Positions 9,296 to 17,862 of a stretch of DNA of 32,000 nucleotides are shown here, in pieces. Position numbers and translations under genes: made by a program. The stretch covers positions 30,001 through 62,000 of the forward strand of contig JAIRQE010000019.1 of assembly GCA_031256725.1 (NCBI GenBank), written 5' to 3'. Numbering within the stretch: position 1 is the stretch's first letter; every line of letters starts with the position of its first letter. The stretch is from Propionibacteriaceae bacterium (GTDB lineage: Bacteria; Actinomycetota; Actinomycetes; Propionibacteriales; Propionibacteriaceae). The notes under the pieces are model-generated. The model was not told the DNA's origin. It did not search any database and worked only from the letters and a program-made list of their open reading frames with translations.

Positions 9296-10284
9296 GAATC
9301 CTCCTTGACTAGGCGCATCACATAGGCAATCGAGATCACAATGGTGATCAGAAGAACGAAGATGGACAGAGCCGACGCCATGGCGAAGTCTCCAGATCCC
9401 ACACCAAGTCGGTAGATATAGGTACCCAATAGGTCTGAGTTGAGAGGCATCTGTGCGTCTTGAAGCATTCGGATCTGGGTGAAAACTCGAAGATCCCAGA
9501 TGATTTGAAGCAGACCCACGATCATGAGTACTGGGCGGATCATAGGAACAATAATGGTGGTGAACTTCCGTGAGGCTGAGGCCCCATCAAGGCTCGCGGC
9601 CTCCATGATTTCCGGGGAAACCTGGGTGAGTCCGGCATAGATGGAGAAGGCCACAAAGGGTACTGACATCCACACCACGATCAGTGTTGCCACGAAATAC
9701 AGACCTAGAGATGTACCCAGCCAGTTGAAACTCGTGAAGTTGAAACCCATCGCGGTCAGGGTGTGGTTGATCACTCCTCGACGCCAATCGAAGAGCCAGA
9801 TCCACACTGTGACTGCGGCGACCACAGGCATGGCCCATGCGAGAAGCAGGGAGATCTGAAGTGTGAGTTTGACCCCCTTATTCACGACATTCATGAGTAC
9901 TGCTACTGCCGTACCAATGATCATGGTGAGAATGGCGTTAACAGCACAGAAGATGAGGGATCGTGCAACAACACCCCAGGTTGATGGGTTCGTGAAGATG
10001 GAGAGGTAGTTGCTCAAACCCACAAACTCTGGTGGTGCACCGAATTGCTGGGCGAGGCCGTACCTCATCATTGATGTATAGATCTGCCACACGAGGGGGT
10101 ACCCGATGGCAATGAGAAGCATGATGACCGCTGGGAGGAGAAGGATGTACGGAGCGCGAGGATTTCTGCGGCGACGTTTGGGAGCCTGTACCTCAAGTGG
10201 ATAGAGAATATCTTGGGTGACCATGTCTACCAGGCCCGAGTCTTGAGGAGTGTCAGGTCGATTAGTGGTTGTCTCAGTCATCAT
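9292..10284 (-). CDS. Carbohydrate ABC transporter permease (MalF/CUT1 type)
   Basis: 330 aa, polytopic, with an EAA-type loop (MEAASLDGASASRKFTTIIVPMIRP). AGGAGG lies 6 nt upstream of the ATG at 10284. Confidence 0.9.
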   Translation of the reverse strand: MMTETTTNRPDTPQDSGLVDMVTQDILYPLEVQAPKRRRRNPRAPYILLLPAVIMLLIAIGYPLVWQIYTSMMRYGLAQQFGAPPEFVGLSNYLSIFTNPSTWGVVARSLIFCAVNAILTMIIGTAVAVLMNVVNKGVKLTLQISLLLAWAMPVVAAVTVWIWLFDWRRGVINHTLTAMGFNFTSFNWLGTSLGLYFVATLIVVWMSVPFVAFSIYAGLTQVSPEIMEAASLDGASASRKFTTIIVPMIRPVLMIVGLLQIIWDLRVFTQIRMLQDAQMPLNSDLLGTYIYRLGVGSGDFAMASALSIFVLLITIVISIAYVMRLVKEDS

Positions 10285-10352
10285 GGTCTACCTCCTTCGA
10301 TGACGTGGGTTAATGGCGAAAGGCTGTCGTCTGGCGAAGGCTGGAATATCGC

Positions 10353-10384
10353 GTGGGGGAACCAGATCACTCCGATTCCCCCAC
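10353..10384 (-). promoter_or_regulatory. Intra-operon hairpin between the binding-protein and permease genes
   Basis: GTGGGGGAA / TTCCCCCAC forms a perfect 9-bp stem with a 14-nt loop in the 114-nt gap. There is no U-tail. Such hairpins after SBP genes usually act as mRNA stabilisers or partial attenuators. Confidence 0.45.
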
Positions 10385-10398
10385 TCGATTCCCTTTCC

Positions 10399-11748
10399 TT
10401 ACTTCTGGTTCAGCATTGGCGTGATGATAGCGTCGTATTCCTTAGTCAAGGAATCGAGGTCAGCCCCATCAGCGACCTTCTGGAAGAACTCCTCCAACTT
10501 GTTGGATGCCTCCACTGCGGCCCACCCTGGGGCAGCTGGGGTCAACTTGGAGTTTGATGCGGACTCAATGAGAGCCTTAGCGAAGATGTCATCACCGAGG
10601 GCTGACATATTGGTGGAATTGGCTGGGCCTAGACCATTCTTACCAAGCATGGTTTGGTACTCGCTAGAGAAGATGATCTCCAAGAGTTGGCGAGATCCTT
10701 CCTGCTTGGTTGACTTCGCTGAGATACCGATGTTGGATCCACCAGCGAAGACTGGAGCTGGCTTACCATCATTACCTGGAAGAGCGAAGACGCCGAAGGT
10801 GTCGTCATTCCATTCGCGAACATCCTTGCCTTCATCATTCTTGGTTAGATCACCAATAGACCAGTGAGCCCATCCGGGAGCCATGATGGTTGCCGCTGCC
10901 AAGGAGGTATCGGTCACAGTACCAGCGTCATCCTTAGCGGAATCCGTGTCATTGATGTACAGCCATGGGCTCTGATCACGTGCAGTGGTTGGGGCCATGG
11001 ATGCCTTGGCCTGAATCTCTTGGAGTTGAGCTAGGCCCTTGATGGTGTTGGGGTCTGACAGTGTTGAAACCCACTGACCATCCTCTTGCTTAGCGAGGTC
11101 TCCACCATTGGCGAAGATCCACGAGATACCATTGCGCCAGTCCTGACCGCCGATGAAGAATCCAGAGAAATCATTGATTGTCTTGGGGTTCTGGTCGGTG
11201 ATCTTCACAACGGCTGCATTGAACTCGTCAAGGGTTGCCGGAGGTGCTTTCACCCCTGCGGCTTCCCACACATCCTTGCGGTAGAACATGTATCGTGAAC
11301 CAAAGTAGTACGGCAGAGTGTAGTTCTTCCCATCAACTTTGCCAACCTCAACAAAAGACTGGAGGAGGTTCGATCCCCCGAGTTTGGCGTACATGTCTGA
11401 GATGTCAGCGAAAGCCCCAACATTAGTGAAGGTTGGAGACTGTGTGTTACCAATCTCTGTCACATCGGGAGTGTTGTTGGCATCCGGTAGCATCGCAGTG
11501 AGCTTGGTAATGATGTCACCCCAGGTCTGCTCCTCAATCGTCAGGGTTCCACCATTAACACTCTTGTACTGTTCAACAAGGTAGTCCCGAAGCTCTTGGG
11601 GAGTGTCTCCACCAATTACCCAAAATGTAATATCCTGGGCGCCCTCGGGCGTGTTGTTATCTGTCGGCTGCGGCTGGGCACAACCTGTGAGTACCAGGGC
11701 TGATGCTATAACGAGCACCAATCCAGCAATCTTTCCTCTCATTATCAT
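10399..11748 (-). CDS. ABC transporter extracellular solute-binding lipoprotein (family 1, oligosaccharide type)
   Basis: 449 aa. It has a signal peptide with lipobox LTGC, and SBP family-1 features. An SD (AGGAAAGG) lies upstream. Confidence 0.9.
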   Translation of the reverse strand: MIMRGKIAGLVLVIASALVLTGCAQPQPTDNNTPEGAQDITFWVIGGDTPQELRDYLVEQYKSVNGGTLTIEEQTWGDIITKLTAMLPDANNTPDVTEIGNTQSPTFTNVGAFADISDMYAKLGGSNLLQSFVEVGKVDGKNYTLPYYFGSRYMFYRKDVWEAAGVKAPPATLDEFNAAVVKITDQNPKTINDFSGFFIGGQDWRNGISWIFANGGDLAKQEDGQWVSTLSDPNTIKGLAQLQEIQAKASMAPTTARDQSPWLYINDTDSAKDDAGTVTDTSLAAATIMAPGWAHWSIGDLTKNDEGKDVREWNDDTFGVFALPGNDGKPAPVFAGGSNIGISAKSTKQEGSRQLLEIIFSSEYQTMLGKNGLGPANSTNMSALGDDIFAKALIESASNSKLTPAAPGWAAVEASNKLEEFFQKVADGADLDSLTKEYDAIITPMLNQK

Positions 11749-11774
11749 CCTTTCCTAAATGATGCGGGGGTGAA

Positions 11775-12908
11775 TTAAGACACTCCCAAAGTGGCTCTTA
11801 GTACGAGTGAAACGGCCCCCTTCAGGACAGCTTCATGACCAAGGCTTGAGGGCTTCACCGAAAGTTCACGGCGAAACTCTGAGTATGTGCGTTCAATAAT
11901 TAGGCTTTGACAAGCATTGATAAAGGTCTCGTCGATGAGGTCGAGTGGACCTCCGACAATGATGTGTTGAAGATCAAGGGCAGCTACGATGGGGGCAAGG
12001 GCCATACCGAGACGGCGGCCAGCCTCAGCCATGATCGTGCCTGAATGGGCCTCGTCTGATTCGAGACGCAAACGAAGACTGGGTACAGAAATCCATGTTT
12101 CCAAACACCCCTGTTTTCCACAGGAACACTCCAAACCCTTATGCTCGATAACAAGGTGGCCGATTTCGCCTGCTGCACCACCAGAACCCAGAACAAGGGA
12201 TCCCTTCAGGAGTACACCAGCACCCACGCCGCGAGAGATCTGCACTCGTACCAAATCTGGGGAGGCTTCTGCGAAGACTTTCTCGGCCATGACGGCTGCA
12301 TTCGCATCATTTTGTACCACGGCGGGGAACCCGAAACGATCAGTGACGATCTCTTGGAGGTTGACCTCACGCCAGTTGAGATTTGGGGCTGCGAGGACTG
12401 TACCAGCGTCATCGACGATGCCTGGGGAACCTATACCGATGCCCAGGATTCGATGGGTGGCGAGGGGGATGGTTTTCTGGATGAGTTCCAGAACCACGTC
12501 GACTGCCTCCTCAGCTACTCGCCCTTCCAGGGCTAAGGAGGATTCGGCCCTCTTCTCCCCTCTCAGGGAGTAGACACCTGCGCGCAAAATATCTTGGGCC
12601 GACAGATCAAGTGCGATGATGTCACATGAGTCCTCACGTACGGCAAGGCTTGTGGCAGGCTTTCCTGGGCGTACCCCAGAGGTTACTCCGGTTTCCTCAA
12701 CAAATCCTTCATTGATCAACTCAGCAACCAGGTCGGAGATGGTGACCTTCGTCAGCCCTGTCTGGCGAGCAAGATCCGCCCGAGTGAGGTACGGAGTGTC
12801 GAATAGTGACTGGAGAACAAGGGAAAGATTGAATCGTCGCCCATCTTGGGGACGAAGGATTCTCACCCCATCACGGGGATGGATTCCAAGGAGCTGCCCT
12901 GTTGTCAT
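11775..12908 (-). CDS. ROK-family transcriptional regulator (N-terminal wHTH plus ROK sensor domain)
   Basis: 377 aa. It has NLSLVLQSL...LTRADLARQTGLTKVTISDLVAELINEGFVEE (wHTH), GEIGH and CSCGKQGCLE. It lies 26 nt upstream of the SBP gene on the same strand. Confidence 0.85.
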   Translation of the reverse strand: MTTGQLLGIHPRDGVRILRPQDGRRFNLSLVLQSLFDTPYLTRADLARQTGLTKVTISDLVAELINEGFVEETGVTSGVRPGKPATSLAVREDSCDIIALDLSAQDILRAGVYSLRGEKRAESSLALEGRVAEEAVDVVLELIQKTIPLATHRILGIGIGSPGIVDDAGTVLAAPNLNWREVNLQEIVTDRFGFPAVVQNDANAAVMAEKVFAEASPDLVRVQISRGVGAGVLLKGSLVLGSGGAAGEIGHLVIEHKGLECSCGKQGCLETWISVPSLRLRLESDEAHSGTIMAEAGRRLGMALAPIVAALDLQHIIVGGPLDLIDETFINACQSLIIERTYSEFRRELSVKPSSLGHEAVLKGAVSLVLRATLGVS

Positions 12909-12912
12909 AGAT

Positions 12913-12954
12913 GTTAGTAAACCTTACTAACTTCTCTAAAGTCAAGGAATTCCT
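12913..12954 (-). promoter_or_regulatory. Candidate promoter/operator of the ROK-GH94 operon
   Basis: On the minus strand the sequence reads TTGACT (12940..12945), an 18-nt spacer, then TTTACT (12916..12921), ending 7 nt before the ATG; this suggests a leaderless transcript. A perfect palindrome GTTAGTAA-N3-TTACTAAC (12913..12931) overlaps the -10 and spacer. A second palindrome AGGAATTCCT (12945..12954) abuts the -35. Confidence 0.35.
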
Positions 12955-13060
12955 GCGTTGTTACCAAATCGTTATCTGAGCTGAGAGTAGATTCTTCCCC
13001 CCTCGAAAATTGTGCATAATCACCACCAGAAGCTAGGATGTGTGGGTTACTAAACGACAC

Positions 13061-13133
13061 GGACTCTTAGCTCAGCTGGTAGAGCACTTCCCTTACAAGG
13101 AAGGGGTCGTCGGTTCGAGCCCGGCAGAGTCCA
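13061..13133 (+). tRNA. tRNA-Val (anticodon TAC)
   Basis: Cloverleaf read by hand: acceptor GGACTCT/AGAGTCC, D-arm GCTC/GAGC, anticodon stem CTTCC/GGAAG with loop CT-TAC-AA (anticodon 13094..13096), T-arm GTCGG-TTCGAGC-CCGGC, discriminator A. No CCA is encoded. Confidence 0.93.
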
Positions 13134-13415
13134 CACAGTGTAGCCCCTAGTCAAGCGATATATCCGCAGTCACCTTCTTTCATGATAGAGGTTTATTGTG
13201 CGCAGTTTTTCCTTGCGGTTCTTCAAACCCAAGGCAACACAGGCTTCATAAATGAAAGAATTGAACTGATGAATCCTGTCTTTGGGAAGAACACACCCTT
13301 AGTGGTACTCCCGGATAAGAATCAAGAACAGACCACAAGATGCGATCCCTGGCATCTACACACCGCAGGCCGACACATCCCGGACTCGCTTGAACAAGAT
13401 ACCAGTGGCAATGCT

Positions 13416-13835
13416 TTATCGCCTACCAGCCTTTGGTCGTACTACCTTGTGGGCAGACCAATCCTTGGAAACTGAGGCGGAGATCGTTAAGGATAAGCCG
13501 GCAGCCAAGACCCCCTCGGATAGATCAGATTGGGGCACATGCCCTTCGCGTCCGATCTTGGGAGTCATTACCCAGAGGAAACCTGAAGGCCCAAGGTCAG
13601 TGAGCGCATCAATGAGGAGATCCATAACATCCCCGTCGTCTTGCCTCAGCCAAAGGACGATAGCATCAACAGCCTCAGCGGATTCCTCCACCATGTCGGC
13701 GTCAATAATCTCCATGACGGCTTGTCGAAAACTCTCATCGACATCCTCGTCCCAACCCAGTTCCTCGACAGCCATGTCTTTCACTAGACCAAGCTGATGG
13801 ATGCCTACTGCTTCAGCAGGCCCACTGTGGCTCAC
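13416..13835 (-). CDS. DUF3052-family conserved actinobacterial protein
   Basis: 139 aa, acidic. It sits immediately downstream of aceE on the same strand; DUF3052/aceE adjacency as in mycobacteria. Confidence 0.7.
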   Translation of the reverse strand: MSHSGPAEAVGIHQLGLVKDMAVEELGWDEDVDESFRQAVMEIIDADMVEESAEAVDAIVLWLRQDDGDVMDLLIDALTDLGPSGFLWVMTPKIGREGHVPQSDLSEGVLAAGLSLTISASVSKDWSAHKVVRPKAGRR

Positions 13836-13886
13836 CTTTAACTCCTTTTCCTGGGGTGGTTCCCTCGCGTATCTAATCTACGCGAT

Positions 13887-16643
13887 CTACTCCTCAGATG
13901 AGGAATCCGCGTCCGGGGATTCAGAGAAACTGTGATTAATATTGTTCAATTCATAGTTTTCGAGGGCATGTGCAGCGGCTTCAGCGGGCATCTGATCAGT
14001 TTTCGCAAGCATCTGCAGGGATTTCACCACAATTGAGGCTGCATCAACTTTGAGATGACGCCTGGCAGCTGCACGAGTATCCGAGAAACCAAACCCATCA
14101 GCACCAAGAGCAAAGAAGTCCTGCTCAACCCACGGGGCGATCTGATCTTGGACTCCACGCATGAAATCAGAGACAGCGACCACAGGGCCACTGCGTCCCT
14201 TCAGCTTTTCAACAAGGTACGGCACCCGCACCTGACCACCAGTCATCAGTGGAGCTTCAGCCTCCATCGCATCCCGGCGAAGCTCATTCCAGCTTGTCAC
14301 CGACCATACGTTCGCGCCAACCATGTAGTCATGCCACAGCATTTCTTGGGCTTGGAGTGCCCAAGGCACACTGACCCCGGATGCGAGTAGTTGTACGCAG
14401 GGACGCTCAGGTACCTCCCCCTCACGCAGAAGGTACATCCCACGTTTGATACCCTCAACGTCGAGATTCTCCGGCTGTGCCGGTTGAATAATGGGCTCGT
14501 TGTAGACCGTCAGATAGAAGATGAGATCCTCAGGGGACTCGCCGTACATCGTCTCGATCCCATGCTCCATAATATGGGCGATCTCATAGGCGTAAGCCGG
14601 ATCATAGTGACGTATAGCCGGATTCGTGGAGGCATAAAGTGGGCTAGCCCCATCTGCATGCTGGAGTCCCTCACCGGTTAGTGTGGTCTTTCCCGCGGTT
14701 GCTCCGATGAGGAATCCTCGTGCCATCTGATCAGCCGCAGCCCAGATTTCATCGGCAGTACGTTGGAATCCGAACATGGAATAGAACAGATAGATCGGAA
14801 CCATGGGTAGCCCATGGGTGGTATGGGAGGTACCAGCTGCACAGAAGGCAGCCATGGATCCGGCCTCATTGATACCCGTGTGGAGAATCTGCCCTGAGAT
14901 GGATTCACGATAGGCAAGCATCAGATCATTATCGACAGGGGTGTACCTCTGCCCATGGGGGTTATAGATCTTGATGGTCGCGAAGAAAGCATCCATTCCA
15001 AAGGTACGAGCCTCATCAGGAATGATGGGTACCACCCGTGCCCCAAAATCCTTGTTCCTGATCAGATCCTTGAGCAGACGTACGAAAGCCATCGTGGATG
15101 CCACCGGTTGTATACCAGAACCCTGCTTGACTCCCGCATATGCCGACTTTTCCGGCAAGGGCAGTGGTGTGTACACACTGCGTCGCTCGGGCACGAATCC
15201 ACCGAGTTCACGGCGGCGCTCAAGCATGTACTGGATCCGTGGATCATCCTCACCGGGATGATAGTACGGCGGCAGATAGGGGTTCTCTTCAAGTACCTCA
15301 TCGGTGATCGGGATCTGGAGACGGTCACGGAAGGCCATGAGATCATCCAGAGCCATCTTCTTCATTTGATGGGTTGCATTACGTCCAGCGAAATGGGAAC
15401 CCAGGAAGTAGCCTTTGATTGTGTGGGCGAGAACAACAGTGGGCGCCCCATTGGGATGAGAGGCCTGACTGTAGGCAGCAAATACCTTCTTGTAGTCGTG
15501 TCCACCACGGGTCAGATGCCAGATCTCGTCGTCGCTCCAATCCTCAACCATTGCGGCAGTACGAGGGTCACGACCGAAGAAGTGCTCACGTACATAGGCC
15601 CCATCATTGGCCTTGAATGTCTGGAAATCCCCATCGGGAACAGAGTTCATCAGGTTCACCAGGGCGCGATCCTCATCTATGGCCAGGAGGCGATCCCATC
15701 CGGAACCCCATACGACCTTGATGACATTCCATCCAGCACCAGAAAAGAATCCCTCCAATTCCTGAATGATCTTGCCGTTACCTCGTACAGGACCATCAAG
15801 ACGCTGAAGGTTGCAGTTCACGACAAAGGTGAGATTATCCAAGCCCTCATAGGCCGCAAACTGGATCAAGCCACGCGATTCTGGCTCATCCATCTCACCG
15901 TCACCGAGGAAGGCCCACACCCGCTGCCCGGAGGTATCCTTCAAACCCCGATTGGCGAGATAGCGGTTGAAGGATGCCTGGTAGATGGCGTTCATCGGGC
16001 CCAATCCCATGGAGACTGTTGGGTACTCCCAGAAATTGGGTAGACGCCTGGGGTGGGGGTAGGACGGGAGGCCGCGTGGTACCCCGTCAATAATGTGGCT
16101 CTGCTCTTGGCGGAACCCATCCAAATCAACATCAGAAAGGCGACCTTCAAGGAAGGCACGCGCGTACATTCCTGGTGATGCATGCCCCTGGAAAAAGATT
16201 GAATCCCCTCCCCCAGGATGGTCCTTACCTCTAAAGAAGTGGTTGAGACCTACCTCATAGAGGGTGGCAGCAGAAGCATAGGAGGAGATGTGTCCACCAA
16301 CCCCAATGCCAGGCCTTTGGGCCCTATGAACCATAACCGCAGCATTCCAGCGAAGCAGACGTCGATAGCCTCTCTCCAGATCGATATCGCCAGGGTATTC
16401 AGCTTCCTCGGCGACGGGAATGGTGTTGATGAAATCCGTGGACCGCAAACCTGGTACTGCTACATGGCGTTCACGCGCACGCTCAAGCAGGCGCAGTGTG
16501 ACATAGCGGGCACGCTCAACTCCAGAATCGCGGATAAGTCCATCAAAGGACTCTAGCCATTCCTCGGTCTCGATTGGATCATTGTCCTGTAATCTGGTGG
16601 GTATTCCCGAGATTATGGGAGACGATTGCTCTTGGGGGATCAC
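13887..16643 (-). CDS. aceE: Pyruvate dehydrogenase E1 component (homodimeric type)
   Basis: 918 aa with full-length AceE similarity, including the ThDP motif region [10 protein letters not shown]...[20 protein letters not shown]. Confidence 0.95.
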   Translation of the reverse strand: MIPQEQSSPIISGIPTRLQDNDPIETEEWLESFDGLIRDSGVERARYVTLRLLERARERHVAVPGLRSTDFINTIPVAEEAEYPGDIDLERGYRRLLRWNAAVMVHRAQRPGIGVGGHISSYASAATLYEVGLNHFFRGKDHPGGGDSIFFQGHASPGMYARAFLEGRLSDVDLDGFRQEQSHIIDGVPRGLPSYPHPRRLPNFWEYPTVSMGLGPMNAIYQASFNRYLANRGLKDTSGQRVWAFLGDGEMDEPESRGLIQFAAYEGLDNLTFVVNCNLQRLDGPVRGNGKIIQELEGFFSGAGWNVIKVVWGSGWDRLLAIDEDRALVNLMNSVPDGDFQTFKANDGAYVREHFFGRDPRTAAMVEDWSDDEIWHLTRGGHDYKKVFAAYSQASHPNGAPTVVLAHTIKGYFLGSHFAGRNATHQMKKMALDDLMAFRDRLQIPITDEVLEENPYLPPYYHPGEDDPRIQYMLERRRELGGFVPERRSVYTPLPLPEKSAYAGVKQGSGIQPVASTMAFVRLLKDLIRNKDFGARVVPIIPDEARTFGMDAFFATIKIYNPHGQRYTPVDNDLMLAYRESISGQILHTGINEAGSMAAFCAAGTSHTTHGLPMVPIYLFYSMFGFQRTADEIWAAADQMARGFLIGATAGKTTLTGEGLQHADGASPLYASTNPAIRHYDPAYAYEIAHIMEHGIETMYGESPEDLIFYLTVYNEPIIQPAQPENLDVEGIKRGMYLLREGEVPERPCVQLLASGVSVPWALQAQEMLWHDYMVGANVWSVTSWNELRRDAMEAEAPLMTGGQVRVPYLVEKLKGRSGPVVAVSDFMRGVQDQIAPWVEQDFFALGADGFGFSDTRAAARRHLKVDAASIVVKSLQMLAKTDQMPAEAAAHALENYELNNINHSFSESPDADSSSEE

Positions 16644-16724
16644 GTGGTCATCCTTTCTCCCGATGTCAGGAGGACTCTTGGGCTGTGAGAGAATCGTCCC
16701 CTATCCTACAAAGGAGAAAAGGAG

Positions 16725-17588
16725 ATGACAATGGACTGGTTTATGTCCATCCTGCTCGGCATCGTTGAAGGGGTCACAGAATTCCTTCCGATTTCGTCAA
16801 CGGGGCACCTGACGATCACCGAGAAACTCATGGGGTGGAGCATCGACTCCCCTGATGTGACGGCCTTTACTGCTGTTATTCAGGTGGGTGCGATTGCTGC
16901 GGCGATCCTCTACTTTTGGAAAGACATCGTACGTTTGGCATCTGCCTGGTTCATTGGAATCATCCACACATCCAAGAGGGGTACCGACTATCGTCTAGGG
17001 TGGGCAGTCATCATCGGCTCTATTCCCATTGGTATCGTCGGCCTCGTTTTCCGTCACTTCATTGAGACCGCCCTGCGTTCCCTATGGGTTGTTGCTGCAG
17101 CATTGATCATTTGGAGCCTGGTACTCTTCGCAGCCGATTGGTTCTCTGAACTGCTCACGAAGCAGCAGCCTGAGCGTATTCGCACTGAGGAGAGTCTGAC
17201 CGTGAAGGACGCCATCATCATTGGTTGCACCCAATGTATTGCTTTGATACCCGGGGTCTCCCGTTCTGGAGCCACCATCGCCGCCGCACTCTTTCGTGGA
17301 ATTGATCGTACAACCGCCACCCGTTGGAGCTTCTTCCTAGGCATCCCTGCCCTAACCCTGTCAGGCCTCCTCCAGGCAGTAACCTCCTTCGATGATATTT
17401 CCACTGGCCTAGGATGGGGCCCCACCCTTGTAGCCACCGCCGTCTCCTTCGTGGTTGCCTACATCACCATTGCCTGGTTGTTAAAGTTTGTGGCCTCTAA
17501 CCGTTTCACCGTGTTCATCATCTACCGGATCATCCTGGGCCTGATCATCATCGCCCTAATCCTCTTCGGGGTAATCCTGGCGGTTTAA
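16725..17588 (+). CDS. uppP: Undecaprenyl-diphosphate phosphatase
   Basis: 287 aa polytopic membrane protein with the GxxEGxTEFLPISSTGHL signature and the PGxSRSGxTI motif (IPGVSRSGATI). The start may be the ATG at 16731. Confidence 0.93.
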   Translation: MTMDWFMSILLGIVEGVTEFLPISSTGHLTITEKLMGWSIDSPDVTAFTAVIQVGAIAAAILYFWKDIVRLASAWFIGIIHTSKRGTDYRLGWAVIIGSIPIGIVGLVFRHFIETALRSLWVVAAALIIWSLVLFAADWFSELLTKQQPERIRTEESLTVKDAIIIGCTQCIALIPGVSRSGATIAAALFRGIDRTTATRWSFFLGIPALTLSGLLQAVTSFDDISTGLGWGPTLVATAVSFVVAYITIAWLLKFVASNRFTVFIIYRIILGLIIIALILFGVILAV

Positions 17589-17653
17589 CCACGACCTGAA
17601 TAGTGAACCCCCACAAGTCAGGATTTTCTGAAATGAGTATCTGATAATCTCAT

Positions 17654-17787
17654 AGGGTTGGGATCTATGTTTCCTGGCGGATGGAAGGCAAAACCGCGCA
17701 GCGATTTTGTCGACCCTCACAGAGCGCGATGGTACGCTCTGCGACTATCTCAAGCGAACGGCGCCAGGAAGCATGAATCCCAACCCT
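17654..17787 (+). other. Unclassified structured element: a 26-bp closing stem enclosing 82 nt with an internal hairpin (candidate cis-regulatory or small RNA)
   Basis: 17654..17679 pairs with 17762..17787 (23 Watson-Crick pairs, 2 T-G pairs, 1 C/A mismatch). The T-G pairs are wobble-compatible only in a plus-strand transcript. The internal hairpin is GTCG...CAGAGCG-cgatggta-CGCTCTG-CGAC (17709..17745). Confidence 0.4.
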
Positions 17788-17862
17788 GCGGGAACCCACC
17801 ATAAATCAAATCCGTAGTGCGTCACAACCCACCCACAGGACGACATGCCTTAGTCTTGGGGA

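Noticed and set aside
13182-13475. A 97-codon ORF in the gap after tRNA-Val.
   Set aside because: It has no SD, runs 60 nt into the 3' end of the DUF3052 gene on the opposite strand, and shows no recognisable motif. It is most likely chance in an AT-richer spacer.
14955-16043. A 362-codon plus-strand ORF, along with several other plus-strand ORFs between 14055 and 16556.
   Set aside because: It lies entirely antisense to aceE, whose 918-aa product has unambiguous full-length homology. It has no SD and its composition is odd (rich in Gly, Ile, Leu and His). This is a typical shadow ORF on the strand opposite a codon-biased gene.
17654-17787. Whether the long inverted repeat is a MITE, an SRP RNA, or a known riboswitch (c-di-AMP/ydaO, ykkC, ZTP, SAM, glycine, cobalamin).
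   Set aside because: No target-site duplication flanks the arms and I saw no second copy in the window. Short resemblances (UAGGGUU, AUGAAUCC, GCGGGAACCCA, CAGGAAGCA) are not in the order or context of the respective consensus structures. It is kept only as an unclassified structured element.
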